Shown here in pieces: positions 9,445 to 19,767 of a stretch of 64,000 nt of DNA. Location: positions 2,539 through 66,538 of the forward strand of contig JABHZE010000003.1 in the NCBI GenBank assembly GCA_018653485.1. Direction: 5' to 3'. The DNA comes from an archaeon (GTDB lineage: Archaea; Nanobdellota; Nanobdellia; Pacearchaeales; GW2011-AR1). Position 1 is the stretch's first letter. Every line of letters starts with the position of its first letter. A program made the translations under genes and the position numbers. A model generated the notes under the pieces. The model did not search any database, was not told where the DNA came from, and was given only the letters and a program-made list of their open reading frames with translations.

Positions 9445-12309
9445 CTATACCTCGATGCTTAACACCTTAGAGATTCCTTCTTGCATTGATACACCATAAA
9501 TAACATTAGAAGATTCACTAATGATTGAATCATTGTGTGTGATTATTAGATATTGTCCTTTTTTCATGTGCTTTTTTAAAAGATATCCTAGTTTTTCTGA
9601 ATTTCTTTTATCTAATGCTGCATCTATCTCATCAAAGATATAAAAATAATATGGACGATATTCTTGAATTGCGAAAATTAATGATAATGCTACAAGGGTT
9701 TGTTCTCCACCTGATAGTGAAGTTACATCAAACTTTTTTCCTCCTCCAACATTAACTAAGATATCTAATCCTGCATTAAAAATTTCTTTTTTGTCTTGAG
9801 GTTGAATTGAGACAATTCCTTTAGTTGAAAGTTGTGAGAAGTTTCTTGAGAATTGTTCATTAACTGCATCTAATGTCTGAATAAATGCTTTTTTCTTTTT
9901 CTTGTCTATTTGAATAATTATCCTTAAGATTTCATCTTTTTCTTTTTCAAGCATTTCTACTTTATCTTTTATTTTATCATATTCTGCTTTTATTCCTTCA
10001 TAAACCTCTAATGCCCTCATATTTACACTTCCAATTCTTATTAGTGTTGTTTCAGAATTATGTAATTTTTCTTTAAGTTTTTCTATTGGGAGTGAAAGAA
10101 ATTCAACTCCCTTAAATTCAAATAATTCTTCTGTAAGTGTATCTTTTTTTGCAGAAATTTGTGCTTTAGTTATTTTAAAATTATTAGTATCTCCTTCTAA
10201 AACTCTTTTTTCATTTTGATCTCTAAGTAGGCTTGATTCTAATCTTCTAACCCTATCCTGCAATAAATTTTTCTCTTCAAACATTTTTTGATATTTCTTT
10301 TTAAGAACTTCTGCTTGTTCTTCTTTTTTTTCTGTAATTGATTCTTTTTCTTCTAATGAAGCGTTGATAAATTCTAAATTATCAGTGATATCCTCCTTAT
10401 CTCTTGAATTTTGTTTTATTGCAAGTTGAGTTCTATCTAATTCTCTTTGTTTTTGAGTTAATTCAAACCCTAAATCCCGTTCTTCTGTTCTTTGAAGTTC
10501 ATTAACCTCTAATTGAAGTGATTCAAATTGTTCTTCACTTAATTTTGTTTTAGAAATATTATTTTCATAAGTTTTCTTTTTTGCTTCTAAATCTTTAAAT
10601 TCTTTTTCTAAAATAACTAATTGCTCATTATTTCTTTTTAATTGTTCTTTTTTCTCAAATATATTTTGTATTTTAACTAAATCTATATTTCTTATATTTA
10701 TTTCAATAGCTTGTCTTGATATAGCTTCTTTTGTTTTTTCAATATTTTCTCTTGTTTCATCAATTTTTTTATTTGAATTGATTATCATTTCGTTTGCTTT
10801 TTTTATTTTAGAATCTGAATCATCCATTACATGGCCAATATGTTCCTTGGTTATTTGTGTTTGACATAACGGGCAAGTATCTAATTTAGATACATCTGAT
10901 TTAATCTTTTCAGCTTCTATTATTTTTTGTTTTTCAATTGCTTTTATTTTTTCTTTTTCAAGTAGAAGACCTTCAAATGAAGAAACTTTTTCTTTATTGT
11001 CTTCCATTGATTGTTTAAGATTAACTAATGCTTCTCTGTGTTGGTCAAGAGTTTCTTTAATTTTTATTTCTTTTTCAATTTGTTCTAATTGGTTTAATAT
11101 AAAATTAGATTCATTTTTAATTCTCTGGAGTTGTCTTTTTTTATCCTCTAATTGAGTTGTAGTTGAAGAAAGATTTGATTTTATTAGATAATGCTTTCTT
11201 TTTAATTCATTTAATTCATCTAATTTTGCTTTTTTTTCTTCTAGTTCTTTTTTCCTATTATTCCCTTTTTCTTTAGACATTTCTTGAATTTCTTTTTGAT
11301 AATTTTTTGTTGTTTCTTCTAAAGAATGTTTTCTTCTATCTAATTCTACTAAATTATTTTCAAAGTTTTCCTTTCTTGCAATTAAACCTGCTATTTCTTG
11401 TTTAAATTCAGAGATTTCTCTATTTAATGTATCTTGTTCTAAACCAGAAGATTTTTGAATTGTTTCAGAAATTGTGTTTATTTTTTCTTCTAATAATTTT
11501 ATTTCATTAGTTAGTCTAGTTAAATTTAATTCTATTTTAGAAATATCTTTTATTTTAGATTCTATCCTTTGATTATTTTCTTTTAGTTCTTTTTCTCTTG
11601 TTTGTATATTTCTTTGAATAATTGATGCCTTACATCTTTTAACAATAATTTCAAGTTTTTTGAATCTTAATGCTTGTTCTCTTTCATTTTCTAGATTTCT
11701 TAAATAATTTGTTCTTTCTCTTAAAACAGCATTAATTTGTTTTAATTTTTCTTCTGTTCTATCTAATTCTTTTAATGATTTTGTTTTTCTCATTTCATAA
11801 ACTGAGATTCCTGCAACTTCTTCTATTACTTTCCTTCTATCATCTGGAGGATTTTTAACAAACTTTTCAATTTCTCCTTGTAAAACAATATTAAATCCAT
11901 GAGGGTCTATTCCTGCTTGACTTAAAAGTTCTAAAACTTCTTGTCTTGTTCTTGTTTCATCATTTATTTTATATGTACTTTGTCCATTCTTTTTTACTGT
12001 TCTTCTTAATTTTATTTCTTTATTATCTAAAGCAAATGTTTTTTCTTCATTATCTAAAACTATTTCAACATATCCTTGACTTGCTCCTTTGAATTCTTTA
12101 TTTCCTGAAAAAATTAAATGAGAAGCCTTTGCTGCTCTGATACTTTTTATAGATAGTCTTCCTAAAACAAAACATAAGGCATCTGTGATATTAGATTTTC
12201 CAGAACCATTTGGGCCCACAACACAAACTACATTTTTATCAAATGGGACATTTGTTTCTCTTGCAAAACTTTTGAATCCTTTCATTACCAGCTTTTTTAT
12301 GTATGTCAT
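9445..12309 (-). CDS. smc: SMC-family chromosome segregation ATPase (atypical: CPLC zinc-hook motif in place of hinge)
   Basis: GFKSF, GPNGSGKSNITDA Walker A, VLQG Q-loop, LSGGEQ signature, FDEIDAALD Walker B/D-loop, ITH switch; long coiled coils. Confidence 0.9.
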   Translation of the reverse strand: MTYIKKLVMKGFKSFARETNVPFDKNVVCVVGPNGSGKSNITDALCFVLGRLSIKSIRAAKASHLIFSGNKEFKGASQGYVEIVLDNEEKTFALDNKEIKLRRTVKKNGQSTYKINDETRTRQEVLELLSQAGIDPHGFNIVLQGEIEKFVKNPPDDRRKVIEEVAGISVYEMRKTKSLKELDRTEEKLKQINAVLRERTNYLRNLENEREQALRFKKLEIIVKRCKASIIQRNIQTREKELKENNQRIESKIKDISKIELNLTRLTNEIKLLEEKINTISETIQKSSGLEQDTLNREISEFKQEIAGLIARKENFENNLVELDRRKHSLEETTKNYQKEIQEMSKEKGNNRKKELEEKKAKLDELNELKRKHYLIKSNLSSTTTQLEDKKRQLQRIKNESNFILNQLEQIEKEIKIKETLDQHREALVNLKQSMEDNKEKVSSFEGLLLEKEKIKAIEKQKIIEAEKIKSDVSKLDTCPLCQTQITKEHIGHVMDDSDSKIKKANEMIINSNKKIDETRENIEKTKEAISRQAIEINIRNIDLVKIQNIFEKKEQLKRNNEQLVILEKEFKDLEAKKKTYENNISKTKLSEEQFESLQLEVNELQRTEERDLGFELTQKQRELDRTQLAIKQNSRDKEDITDNLEFINASLEEKESITEKKEEQAEVLKKKYQKMFEEKNLLQDRVRRLESSLLRDQNEKRVLEGDTNNFKITKAQISAKKDTLTEELFEFKGVEFLSLPIEKLKEKLHNSETTLIRIGSVNMRALEVYEGIKAEYDKIKDKVEMLEKEKDEILRIIIQIDKKKKKAFIQTLDAVNEQFSRNFSQLSTKGIVSIQPQDKKEIFNAGLDILVNVGGGKKFDVTSLSGGEQTLVALSLIFAIQEYRPYYFYIFDEIDAALDKRNSEKLGYLLKKHMKKGQYLIITHNDSIISESSNVIYGVSMQEGISKVLSIEV

Positions 12310-12455
12310 ATTTGTATTTCTTCTTTTTTAATTAATGATTCTAAGGAAAAGAGGTTTTTAAGTTTTTATTGAGAAGGAAGTAACTTATGATTCTGGGTTT
12401 TAGATATATTCTGATTATAGTTATCTTTTTATATCCTATTTTATATTATTTTTTT

Positions 12456-12881
12456 ATGATTAATAAAGAACTTGAAGAAGCACTTTGTAAAGATGCTAGT
12501 GAAAGAACTGGAATTGATATTAAAGTTGTTAGAAGAATGAGGCAGATAGGTATTGGAGAGGCAATTCAAAGATTTCTTCCAGATGATGTTAAGGTTAGAT
12601 TATTAGAAAAAAGAGATTATGTTTTAAATCCTGAGACTAATAATGATCGTATGATAAATATGGGTTTTGGTCTTTCTAGGATTGGAAATTATAGGTGTGA
12701 TTTTTATGAGAGTAAAGAAGGTATGGAATGGTATGAATCTAGGTGTAAGACTCATAATAGTATGGCGATTATTGCCTTGCATATTGATGCTGATTGTAAG
12801 AGGGAATATGATAAAAGGCAGAAAGGTGAGGCTAGAACTCGGGCTAGATTAAGGCGTCATGGTGCTAGATGGAGTGGGTAG
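12456..12881 (+). CDS. Hypothetical protein
   Basis: ORF with typical codon usage; start placed at MINKE after the AT-rich promoter region. Confidence 0.5.
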   Translation: MINKELEEALCKDASERTGIDIKVVRRMRQIGIGEAIQRFLPDDVKVRLLEKRDYVLNPETNNDRMINMGFGLSRIGNYRCDFYESKEGMEWYESRCKTHNSMAIIALHIDADCKREYDKRQKGEARTRARLRRHGARWSG

Positions 12882-12882
12882 A

Positions 12883-13527
12883 TTACAATAATGTTTGTTG
12901 ATTTGCTTTTTCTTGTTCAGCTATTTTTTTGTATGTAGCCCATGTTTTTCTGAATATTTCTGGATGTTTGTTCCAGTTGTCTTTTATGAATGCTTTTGTG
13001 TTAGGGTCTGCAGGATATCCTGAACCTGTGTTCCCATATTTTTCTTTGAGTTTATCTACTTGGTTTTCTCTTTCTACTTTTGCTAATATTGATGCTGCTG
13101 AACAAACAGGATATATTGCATCTGCTTTGTGTTCTACTATTAGTTTGATTTCCTTGTTGTTAAGGAGATTTCTTAGATATTCTTCAAATTTTGGGGGGTT
13201 TGTGCTTGGGCAGTCTATTATTGCTACATCTGGATTTAATGCATTGATTATTTCTGCTTGTTTATGTGCTTCAAGCCAGTTAAGGTTTAAGTCTGTTGAG
13301 TTTAATGCTGAATCTATTTCTTGAGGTGAGGTTATTATTACTTTGTGTTCAAAGTTTTCTCTTAAGTGTTGGTCTAATTTTAGTCTTTTTGGATGTGGGA
13401 TGAGTTTAGAATCTTTAACTTCTCCTAACATTTCTTCTTTTCCTTCTTCAATCATTACTCCTGCCATAACTAATGGGCCTATTACAGGGCCTCTTCCTGC
13501 TTCATCAATTCCTAGAACTTTTGTCAT
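12883..13527 (-). CDS. rnhB: Ribonuclease HII
   Basis: GIDEAGRGPVIGP, VKDSK, HKAD, SAASILAK, GSGYPADP. Confidence 0.97.
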   Translation of the reverse strand: MTKVLGIDEAGRGPVIGPLVMAGVMIEEGKEEMLGEVKDSKLIPHPKRLKLDQHLRENFEHKVIITSPQEIDSALNSTDLNLNWLEAHKQAEIINALNPDVAIIDCPSTNPPKFEEYLRNLLNNKEIKLIVEHKADAIYPVCSAASILAKVERENQVDKLKEKYGNTGSGYPADPNTKAFIKDNWNKHPEIFRKTWATYKKIAEQEKANQQTLL

Positions 13528-13634
13528 TGTACTTGATTAAATTTAGTTTTGTTTTTATAGTTTATTGTTGTTTTGTGTTGAATATAGTGTTTAATCTTGA
13601 TAATCTTTTTAAAACTAGGGAATTATGTTTAGAT

Positions 13635-13991
13635 ATGAGTTTTTTGGATTTAGAAAGATTGAGTAGAGAAGAGATGGATGAAGAAATAGGTTCTTGTAGA
13701 GAGGTTTTGGAGGGATGTTTAGAGAGTAGTGATTTAATTTGTCTGAATACTAAAAATTGTCGTAGTTATATTGATGATGTTGTTGCTAGTCATTTGGAAA
13801 AAGTGGGAAAAGAAAAATGGTTGGTTAATAATGGTAGTTGGTATCAAACAGGAGGGGTTTCAGAATTAGTTTTAATTAGGTTTGTTCGTGAGGAGAAGGT
13901 TTTTGATAATCCTCATGTTGGGAAATATAAGATTGAGGAAACTTATCTTGAGCATAGTGTTAGAGCGTTTACAGCTCATGGTGTTGAGTGA
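13635..13991 (+). CDS. Hypothetical protein
   Basis: ORF divergent from rnhB; start at MSFLD avoids overlap and follows TTTTTAAA. Confidence 0.5.
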   Translation: MSFLDLERLSREEMDEEIGSCREVLEGCLESSDLICLNTKNCRSYIDDVVASHLEKVGKEKWLVNNGSWYQTGGVSELVLIRFVREEKVFDNPHVGKYKIEETYLEHSVRAFTAHGVE

Positions 13992-14034
13992 TTTTTTTAG
14001 AAAGGGTTTTAAAGCTATAACTCCTTAGGGTTTT

Positions 14035-14187
14035 ATGAAAAAGAGAGTATTTTGGATTATTGGAATATCACTATTAATAATAGCCGGGGCATATAAATTT
14101 TTAGATTTCCCTTATTTTAATATCCTTGGAGGAATTATTGGAGTTATTATCGCTCTATTAGTAATTTATTCTACATTAAAAAAATAA
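14035..14187 (+). CDS. Small two-TM membrane protein (50 aa)
   Basis: MKKRVFWIIGISLLIIAG...ILGGIIGVIIALLVIYSTLKK; TTTTAAA box ~25 nt upstream; below the ORF-track size cutoff. Confidence 0.55.
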   Translation: MKKRVFWIIGISLLIIAGAYKFLDFPYFNILGGIIGVIIALLVIYSTLKK

Positions 14188-14262
14188 AAGATTTTTTTAA
14201 TTTTCTAAACAATCGTATGATTGTTTATTTTAAAAATAGTCTGAGAAATACTTAAAGTATTA

Positions 14263-14338
14263 TAGCGGGGGCGGGATTTGAACCACGCGACCTTCGGGTT
14301 ATGGGCCCGACGAGAACTCCAGACTTCTCCACCCCGCT
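14263..14338 (-). tRNA. tRNA-iMet (CAU), initiator
   Basis: AGCGGGG/CCCCGCT acceptor stem with A1:U72; anticodon arm TCGGG-CCCATAA-CCCGA with three G-C pairs; TTCAAAT T-loop; no encoded CCA. Confidence 0.93.
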
Positions 14339-14501
14339 ATACTATCTATTCTTAGAGCATAATATTATATCATTATAACTGCTTTTAAAACTTGCTATTT
14401 AGTTAAAGTGGTTTGATTATTATGGTAAGAGGTGTTTTTTTATAACGATAAAGCTTTTAAGTGGAGGGAGTTATAAAATATAAGAATCTGGATGTGGAAG
14501 G

Positions 14502-15974
14502 ATGAAAAGAATAACAAAAGACAGTAATATTGCATTAGTTGAATTGCCTCCAACAGAAACTGGAGGATTATCTTTAAACGGGCGACAAGATCATAAAATT
14601 AGTCATAATGTTTATAGTGGATTTAGATTGCCTGCAAGGGGTTTGCATTTGTTACATGCGATTTTAGATAGGGAGGGTTATAAAAATATTAAATTAGTTA
14701 TTCCTCATCTTTATGGTAAAGGAAGTCCTAATGAAAGAGATGTGGCTATCTTGCGTGAGAGTGATATTGTAATGGCTTCTTCTATAACTGCAACTTCTCC
14801 TCAAACAAGGCAATTAGTTGATTTACTTTATGAAGATGATCCTGAAAAATTATTTTTATTTGGGGGATTTGATCCCACATTTAGGCCGGATTTTTATCTT
14901 AATGGAAGGCATAATGGTTTAATTGTTCGTGGAGAAGGAGAAAAAACCCTGGTTGAAACTCTTGGAAGATTTTGTAATGGGGCTCAAGAAGTTGGAGATA
15001 TTCCTGGATTAATGTTTAGAGATGGAGATGAGATAGTTACAACTGATGCTAGAAAATATTTAACAGCTGATGAACTTAATGATTTACCTTATCCTATTTA
15101 TCCTGAAGAAATTGCTAGGATGATAAGGATTGGAGCTATTGAAACCTCTAGAGGTTGTCCTAATAGTTGTGAGTTTTGTGGGATTATGCAATTTTATGGT
15201 GAAAGAAAATATCGGGCTAAATCTGTTGAACATATTATGGGAGAATTAGAATCTATGAAAGATATTGGTAAGGCTACTTTTTATTCTGCAGATAATCTTC
15301 TTGCAATGCCAAAGCAAGTAGAAATTTTAAGAAGAATTGCTGAATCTGGTCTTCAAAAACCAGGTATTGCTCAACTTACTGCAGTAAGTTCAAAAACTCC
15401 TGGGATTATTCAAGCACTTAGGGATGCTAATATAGAGGTTTTGTGTATGGGTGTTGAATCATTTAATAATGAGAGTTTGGCATTTTTAGGAAAGCCTTAT
15501 AGTGCAGAGCAGAATAAAGAAGGGTTGGGTGCTTATATGAAAGGGGGATTAAATAATCATTTAATGATGATGCCTGGAGAAGATGGAGATACTCCTGATT
15601 CATTAAGATATGAAGTTGAACAAGCTAAGAAATATGGGACTACAGCACAATTTTTTCCACCAGGGCCGTTACCTGGAACCCCTTTAAGAGAGAGGATTGA
15701 ATCTTCAGGAAGATTATTAAGGCCTACTGAGAATGAAAGATGGGAATTGTATAATGGGCATTTTGTACTTTCAAGACCTAAAAATTTTTCACCTTTAGGA
15801 TTGCAAGAGGCAATCAATCAAATGCATATGGATTTTTATCATGAAGGTAAGGATTTAAGTGGAATGAGTAAAAGTCAACAATTAATTTATAGAAATGTAA
15901 AAAAAGGTGTTTTAAAAGTTTTAGAAAGTAATCAAATGAAAAATCATTTAGAATTTTTGAAGAGTGTTAGTTAG
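14502..15974 (+). CDS. B12-binding domain radical SAM protein
   Basis: ETSRGCPNSCEFC CxxxCxxC; N-terminal GG..PTF and VRGEGE B12-domain motifs; GVES. Confidence 0.88.
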   Translation: MKRITKDSNIALVELPPTETGGLSLNGRQDHKISHNVYSGFRLPARGLHLLHAILDREGYKNIKLVIPHLYGKGSPNERDVAILRESDIVMASSITATSPQTRQLVDLLYEDDPEKLFLFGGFDPTFRPDFYLNGRHNGLIVRGEGEKTLVETLGRFCNGAQEVGDIPGLMFRDGDEIVTTDARKYLTADELNDLPYPIYPEEIARMIRIGAIETSRGCPNSCEFCGIMQFYGERKYRAKSVEHIMGELESMKDIGKATFYSADNLLAMPKQVEILRRIAESGLQKPGIAQLTAVSSKTPGIIQALRDANIEVLCMGVESFNNESLAFLGKPYSAEQNKEGLGAYMKGGLNNHLMMMPGEDGDTPDSLRYEVEQAKKYGTTAQFFPPGPLPGTPLRERIESSGRLLRPTENERWELYNGHFVLSRPKNFSPLGLQEAINQMHMDFYHEGKDLSGMSKSQQLIYRNVKKGVLKVLESNQMKNHLEFLKSVS

Positions 15975-16047
15975 TAGATTATAAAACTATCTTTCTATTA
16001 TGTATAATCTACCACACTTTTAAAAAGTGTGATTACTTATTTTTTTT

Positions 16048-17199
16048 ATGGTTCATAATAAATTACATTTCCCTGAAACATTACATAATTATTTTAAAGA
16101 TAAAGAGATGAATGAGATTTATATTTCTGTTTTCTTAAAAACATTTGCAGAATCTTTTATTACATTATTTATTCCAATTTATTTAATTGTTTTAGGTTAT
16201 CAATTATTTGATGTTGCATTATATTATTTAGTTTATTTTATTGTGGTAGGATTTGTTATACCCTTAGGTATGGTTCTTAATTCTAAAATTGGGATTAAAA
16301 AAACATTAGGGCTTGGAACTTTTTTGATTATACTTTATTACTATATTTTAGGGTTTATGGAATCAGGATTATCTTATGTTATTGTTGCATTATTTTATGG
16401 TTTAAGTACTGGAATATATTTTTCTGCATTTCATATAGAATTTGCTAAATCTTTTTCTAGGAAAAGGGGTGGGAAGGAATTATCAGTTATAAGAATTATT
16501 GCAATAATCTCTGGAATTATTGGGCCTTTAGTAGGTTCTTTATTTATTTCAAATGTTTCATTTGTGTTCTTATTTAGAATTGTTGCAGTTATTTTATTTC
16601 TTTCAATAATTCCTTTATTTTTTACAAAAGATTTTGTTGTACCATTTAAAAGAAAACCTTTAAGAGAGATTTTAAGAATGGATACTAAAAGAAAAGCCTT
16701 AGCTTATCAAGCAAGTGGTATAATCGCGCTTTCTTCTGTTGTATTTTGGCCATTATTTATTTATTTTACATTAGGAGATATTGTTTCATTAGGAATTATT
16801 ATTTCATTAAGTTCATTATTTACGATTCTTGTGATTGCAAAAATTGGGAGGCTTGCAGATATTAATCGAAAAAAAGTGTTTAAAGTAGGGGTTTTAACTC
16901 ATGCTCCTTCATGGATACTTAGATTATTTTTCTTATCTCCAATTGGAATATTTTTTAGTAATTTGTATAGTTATATTACTATTGCAGCCATAGATATCTC
17001 ATTTAATAAAAAAATATATAGGCAAGCAAAAGAAGCAAAGGATATTTGTAATTATTTCTTATTTAGAGAAATACATTTACAACTTGGAAGAATAATAATT
17101 TTATGTATTGTAATGTTAACTAATAGTTTAATTTTAATGTTTGTATTATCATTTTTTATAACTTTTGGATATTTGTTTATGTTAAATGGAAAGAAGTGA
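16048..17199 (+). CDS. MFS transporter
   Basis: About 12 hydrophobic segments; IGRLAD.NRK MFS motif A-like. Confidence 0.8.
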   Translation: MVHNKLHFPETLHNYFKDKEMNEIYISVFLKTFAESFITLFIPIYLIVLGYQLFDVALYYLVYFIVVGFVIPLGMVLNSKIGIKKTLGLGTFLIILYYYILGFMESGLSYVIVALFYGLSTGIYFSAFHIEFAKSFSRKRGGKELSVIRIIAIISGIIGPLVGSLFISNVSFVFLFRIVAVILFLSIIPLFFTKDFVVPFKRKPLREILRMDTKRKALAYQASGIIALSSVVFWPLFIYFTLGDIVSLGIIISLSSLFTILVIAKIGRLADINRKKVFKVGVLTHAPSWILRLFFLSPIGIFFSNLYSYITIAAIDISFNKKIYRQAKEAKDICNYFLFREIHLQLGRIIILCIVMLTNSLILMFVLSFFITFGYLFMLNGKK

Positions 17200-17288
17200 A
17201 ATTTACTTAGAAAATTTTAAATACTTCGATATCCTTAATTAATTAACTCCCCGGTATGGTCTTTGACAATGCCGGGCTTACTTATTTT

Positions 17289-17825
17289 ATGGTAAAAAGA
17301 GAGGCGATTATTTTTATAGATGGAAGTAATTTTTATCATAATTCTAAACAAATAATTGATAAATTAAAAAAGATTGATTTTAATCTTTTAGGAGAATTAA
17401 TTTGTGGCAAATTTGATTTGGAATTAAAAGAAATAAGATATTATAATGCTGTCCCAGACATATCTGACAATAAGGAAATTTATTATAAACATATTGGGTT
17501 TTTAGATAAATTGAAAAAAGATAAAATTACTGTTAAAACAAGGAAACTAAGATATATTAAAAAGTTAAAAATAAAAATTGAGAAAGGAGTAGATGTATTA
17601 ATTGCGCCAGATATGATTAATAAGTCATTAATAGAAAAAGAATGCAAGGTTTGTGTACTAATCTCAGGGGATGCAGATTTTATACCTTCAATGCAAATTA
17701 TTAAAAATGCAGGTCATGAAGTAATAACTTGTTCTCCAAAATATGGATTTTCAAATGAATTAAGACAAGGAAAGTTTAGATATTTTATTTTAAAGAAAGA
17801 AGATTTGGATAAATGTTTGAAGTAA
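17289..17825 (+). CDS. NYN domain (LabA/DUF88, PIN-like) nuclease
   Basis: FIDGSN, YY, EKGVD, LISGDADF. Confidence 0.9.
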   Translation: MVKREAIIFIDGSNFYHNSKQIIDKLKKIDFNLLGELICGKFDLELKEIRYYNAVPDISDNKEIYYKHIGFLDKLKKDKITVKTRKLRYIKKLKIKIEKGVDVLIAPDMINKSLIEKECKVCVLISGDADFIPSMQIIKNAGHEVITCSPKYGFSNELRQGKFRYFILKKEDLDKCLK

Positions 17826-17859
17826 AAAATTTACTAATTTGATAATTCCTAGGAATAAT

Positions 17860-19200
17860 TTAAGGTAATCTGAATAATGCTCTTGCCCTATGTACGATTT
17901 GTTTTATTGCTGAAGTATCTCTGAATTCTTCATAATCTGTTGTATATGTTCCTTGTTTGTTAAACCAAATTCTATTAAATAAAGTGTTAATTTTTTGGAT
18001 TATTTCTGTTTTGGAATCTGCAATTAATTTTACATCTGACTGTGAATTATAATTAATAGTATCATAATTAACTAAGTGAGAGCCACCTAAAAAAATAATA
18101 GATTGATTATCTTGTTTATTGAAGATTGTTGTTTTAATATGGAATTGTTCTCCATGTGTTTTATACCATCTTATTTGAATATTTCCTTTGCTTTTTTTGT
18201 TTAATATTTCTGCAACAGGTTTGTTAGGCATTCCATTCTTTTTTTTGCCAAACGCATCTATACTTTGATCTAAAATTATTCTTATGTTTACTCCTCTTTC
18301 TGATGCTTGAATTAATTTATCTATTATCTTATCATATGACAGATAAAACATCATTATATCTATAGATTCTCCTTTTTGAGTATTTTCGATTTCTTTTTCA
18401 ATAGAAGATACAAGTGCATTATCTGCTAAAAATTGTATTGAAATATTTCCTTCTTGAGATTCTGAAAGATTATTAAAAAATTTATTAAATTGGTTGTTGG
18501 AGAGTTTATTTTCTTTTTTTTCAAAATCATAAATATCTTTCCATATTTTTTCTTTAATATAAAATGCTACATTAGAATGAGCACTGCTTTCATCATGAGG
18601 ATTTGCAGAAGTAATTAAAGAGACAATCTTATCTTGATTATCTGCAATTATTAATTTTCTGTGATTTAATCTTTTTCTGTTTGCTTTTAGGAAATAATTT
18701 AAAGGGGTTTCTTTATCAAAATCTTTTATTTTATGGGGTGCAGAATAAATTATGATTATTCCTTGTTCTTTTAATTTTTTAAGATTTTGATTATTATGAT
18801 TTATGTTATTAATGTAGTCTGTTATAAGATAAATAGGAATATCAGGATTTTTATTTTTTTTATTAATTAAATGCTCTGTTGTTTCATTTGCAAGGTTCCT
18901 ATATACTTGTTTTTCTGATTCTTTGAATAAAAACATATCTAAAATAATGAAATTTTCTGCATTATCAATTATTTCAAAAATTTTATCAAATATTTCTTGT
19001 TCATGAATAATGTTTCCTTGATTATCTTCATAGGTTAAGTCATAAAGAAATTCAATAGATGACTCTGGAATTTGATGAATTTCCCCTTTGTAAATATTCC
19101 CTTTGGAGTAGGATAATGTTATAGCTATGTAAATTGTTATAAGAATTATTATTAATATTAAAAATAAGTTGAATTTAGTTCTCCTCTTTTGTTTTTTCAT
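17860..19200 (-). CDS. Membrane-anchored phospholipase D family protein
   Basis: N-terminal TM; NHRKLIIAD and TSANPH; second degenerate motif FHIKTTIFN. Confidence 0.82.
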   Translation of the reverse strand: MKKQKRRTKFNLFLILIIILITIYIAITLSYSKGNIYKGEIHQIPESSIEFLYDLTYEDNQGNIIHEQEIFDKIFEIIDNAENFIILDMFLFKESEKQVYRNLANETTEHLINKKNKNPDIPIYLITDYINNINHNNQNLKKLKEQGIIIIYSAPHKIKDFDKETPLNYFLKANRKRLNHRKLIIADNQDKIVSLITSANPHDESSAHSNVAFYIKEKIWKDIYDFEKKENKLSNNQFNKFFNNLSESQEGNISIQFLADNALVSSIEKEIENTQKGESIDIMMFYLSYDKIIDKLIQASERGVNIRIILDQSIDAFGKKKNGMPNKPVAEILNKKSKGNIQIRWYKTHGEQFHIKTTIFNKQDNQSIIFLGGSHLVNYDTINYNSQSDVKLIADSKTEIIQKINTLFNRIWFNKQGTYTTDYEEFRDTSAIKQIVHRARALFRLP

Positions 19201-19201
19201 G

Positions 19202-19726
19202 TTATTTTAAACTTCCAGCAATTGTTGCACTTAATGATGCAGGCAATGTTACTATAACTGTTCTTTTAAATGCTAGAATAAAATCATTTATCCAATCAGC
19301 TTTTTGAATTATGCTTAATAAAACTGCAACAATTACAAAAGAGATTATATATGTTAAAAATATTCTTTTTACTAAATCATCCCATTCAAAATTAGGAATT
19401 GTTCTGCTAAGTTTTCTATATGCAAAAAGTGTAATAAAAAATAATGATGCAAGTAAAATAAGCATTACATTCCATAATGGAAGCATTTCACCAAGTTTCC
19501 AAGTTTCTTCTGTAAATCCTATTGGGATTGCTAAAACTATTGCTCCTATTATTGCTTGTAAAATATTTCGTAAACCAAATTTTGCCCTTGGTGGTTCCAT
19601 TAAACCTTTGAAGGTTGTTTCGTCTTGTTTTTTTGGTGTTGGTTTTTTGGTGGTTGGTTTTTTAGAAGCAGTTTTTTTTATAATTGATTTTTTGGATTGC
19701 AAAGTAGTAGTGGTTTGTTTTTTCAT
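19202..19726 (-). CDS. DUF2391-like membrane protein
   Basis: QAIIGA...P...TEETWKLG and PASLSA motifs; 4 TMs. Confidence 0.7.
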   Translation of the reverse strand: MKKQTTTTLQSKKSIIKKTASKKPTTKKPTPKKQDETTFKGLMEPPRAKFGLRNILQAIIGAIVLAIPIGFTEETWKLGEMLPLWNVMLILLASLFFITLFAYRKLSRTIPNFEWDDLVKRIFLTYIISFVIVAVLLSIIQKADWINDFILAFKRTVIVTLPASLSATIAGSLK

Positions 19727-19767
19727 AATATATATTAGAGAATATGTTATATAAAAGTTGTTAGAGG

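Noticed and set aside
9445-12309. Calling the gene rad50 because of CPLC
   Set aside because: The head motifs are Smc-type (FDEIDAALD, not LDEPT) and no mre11 is adjacent.
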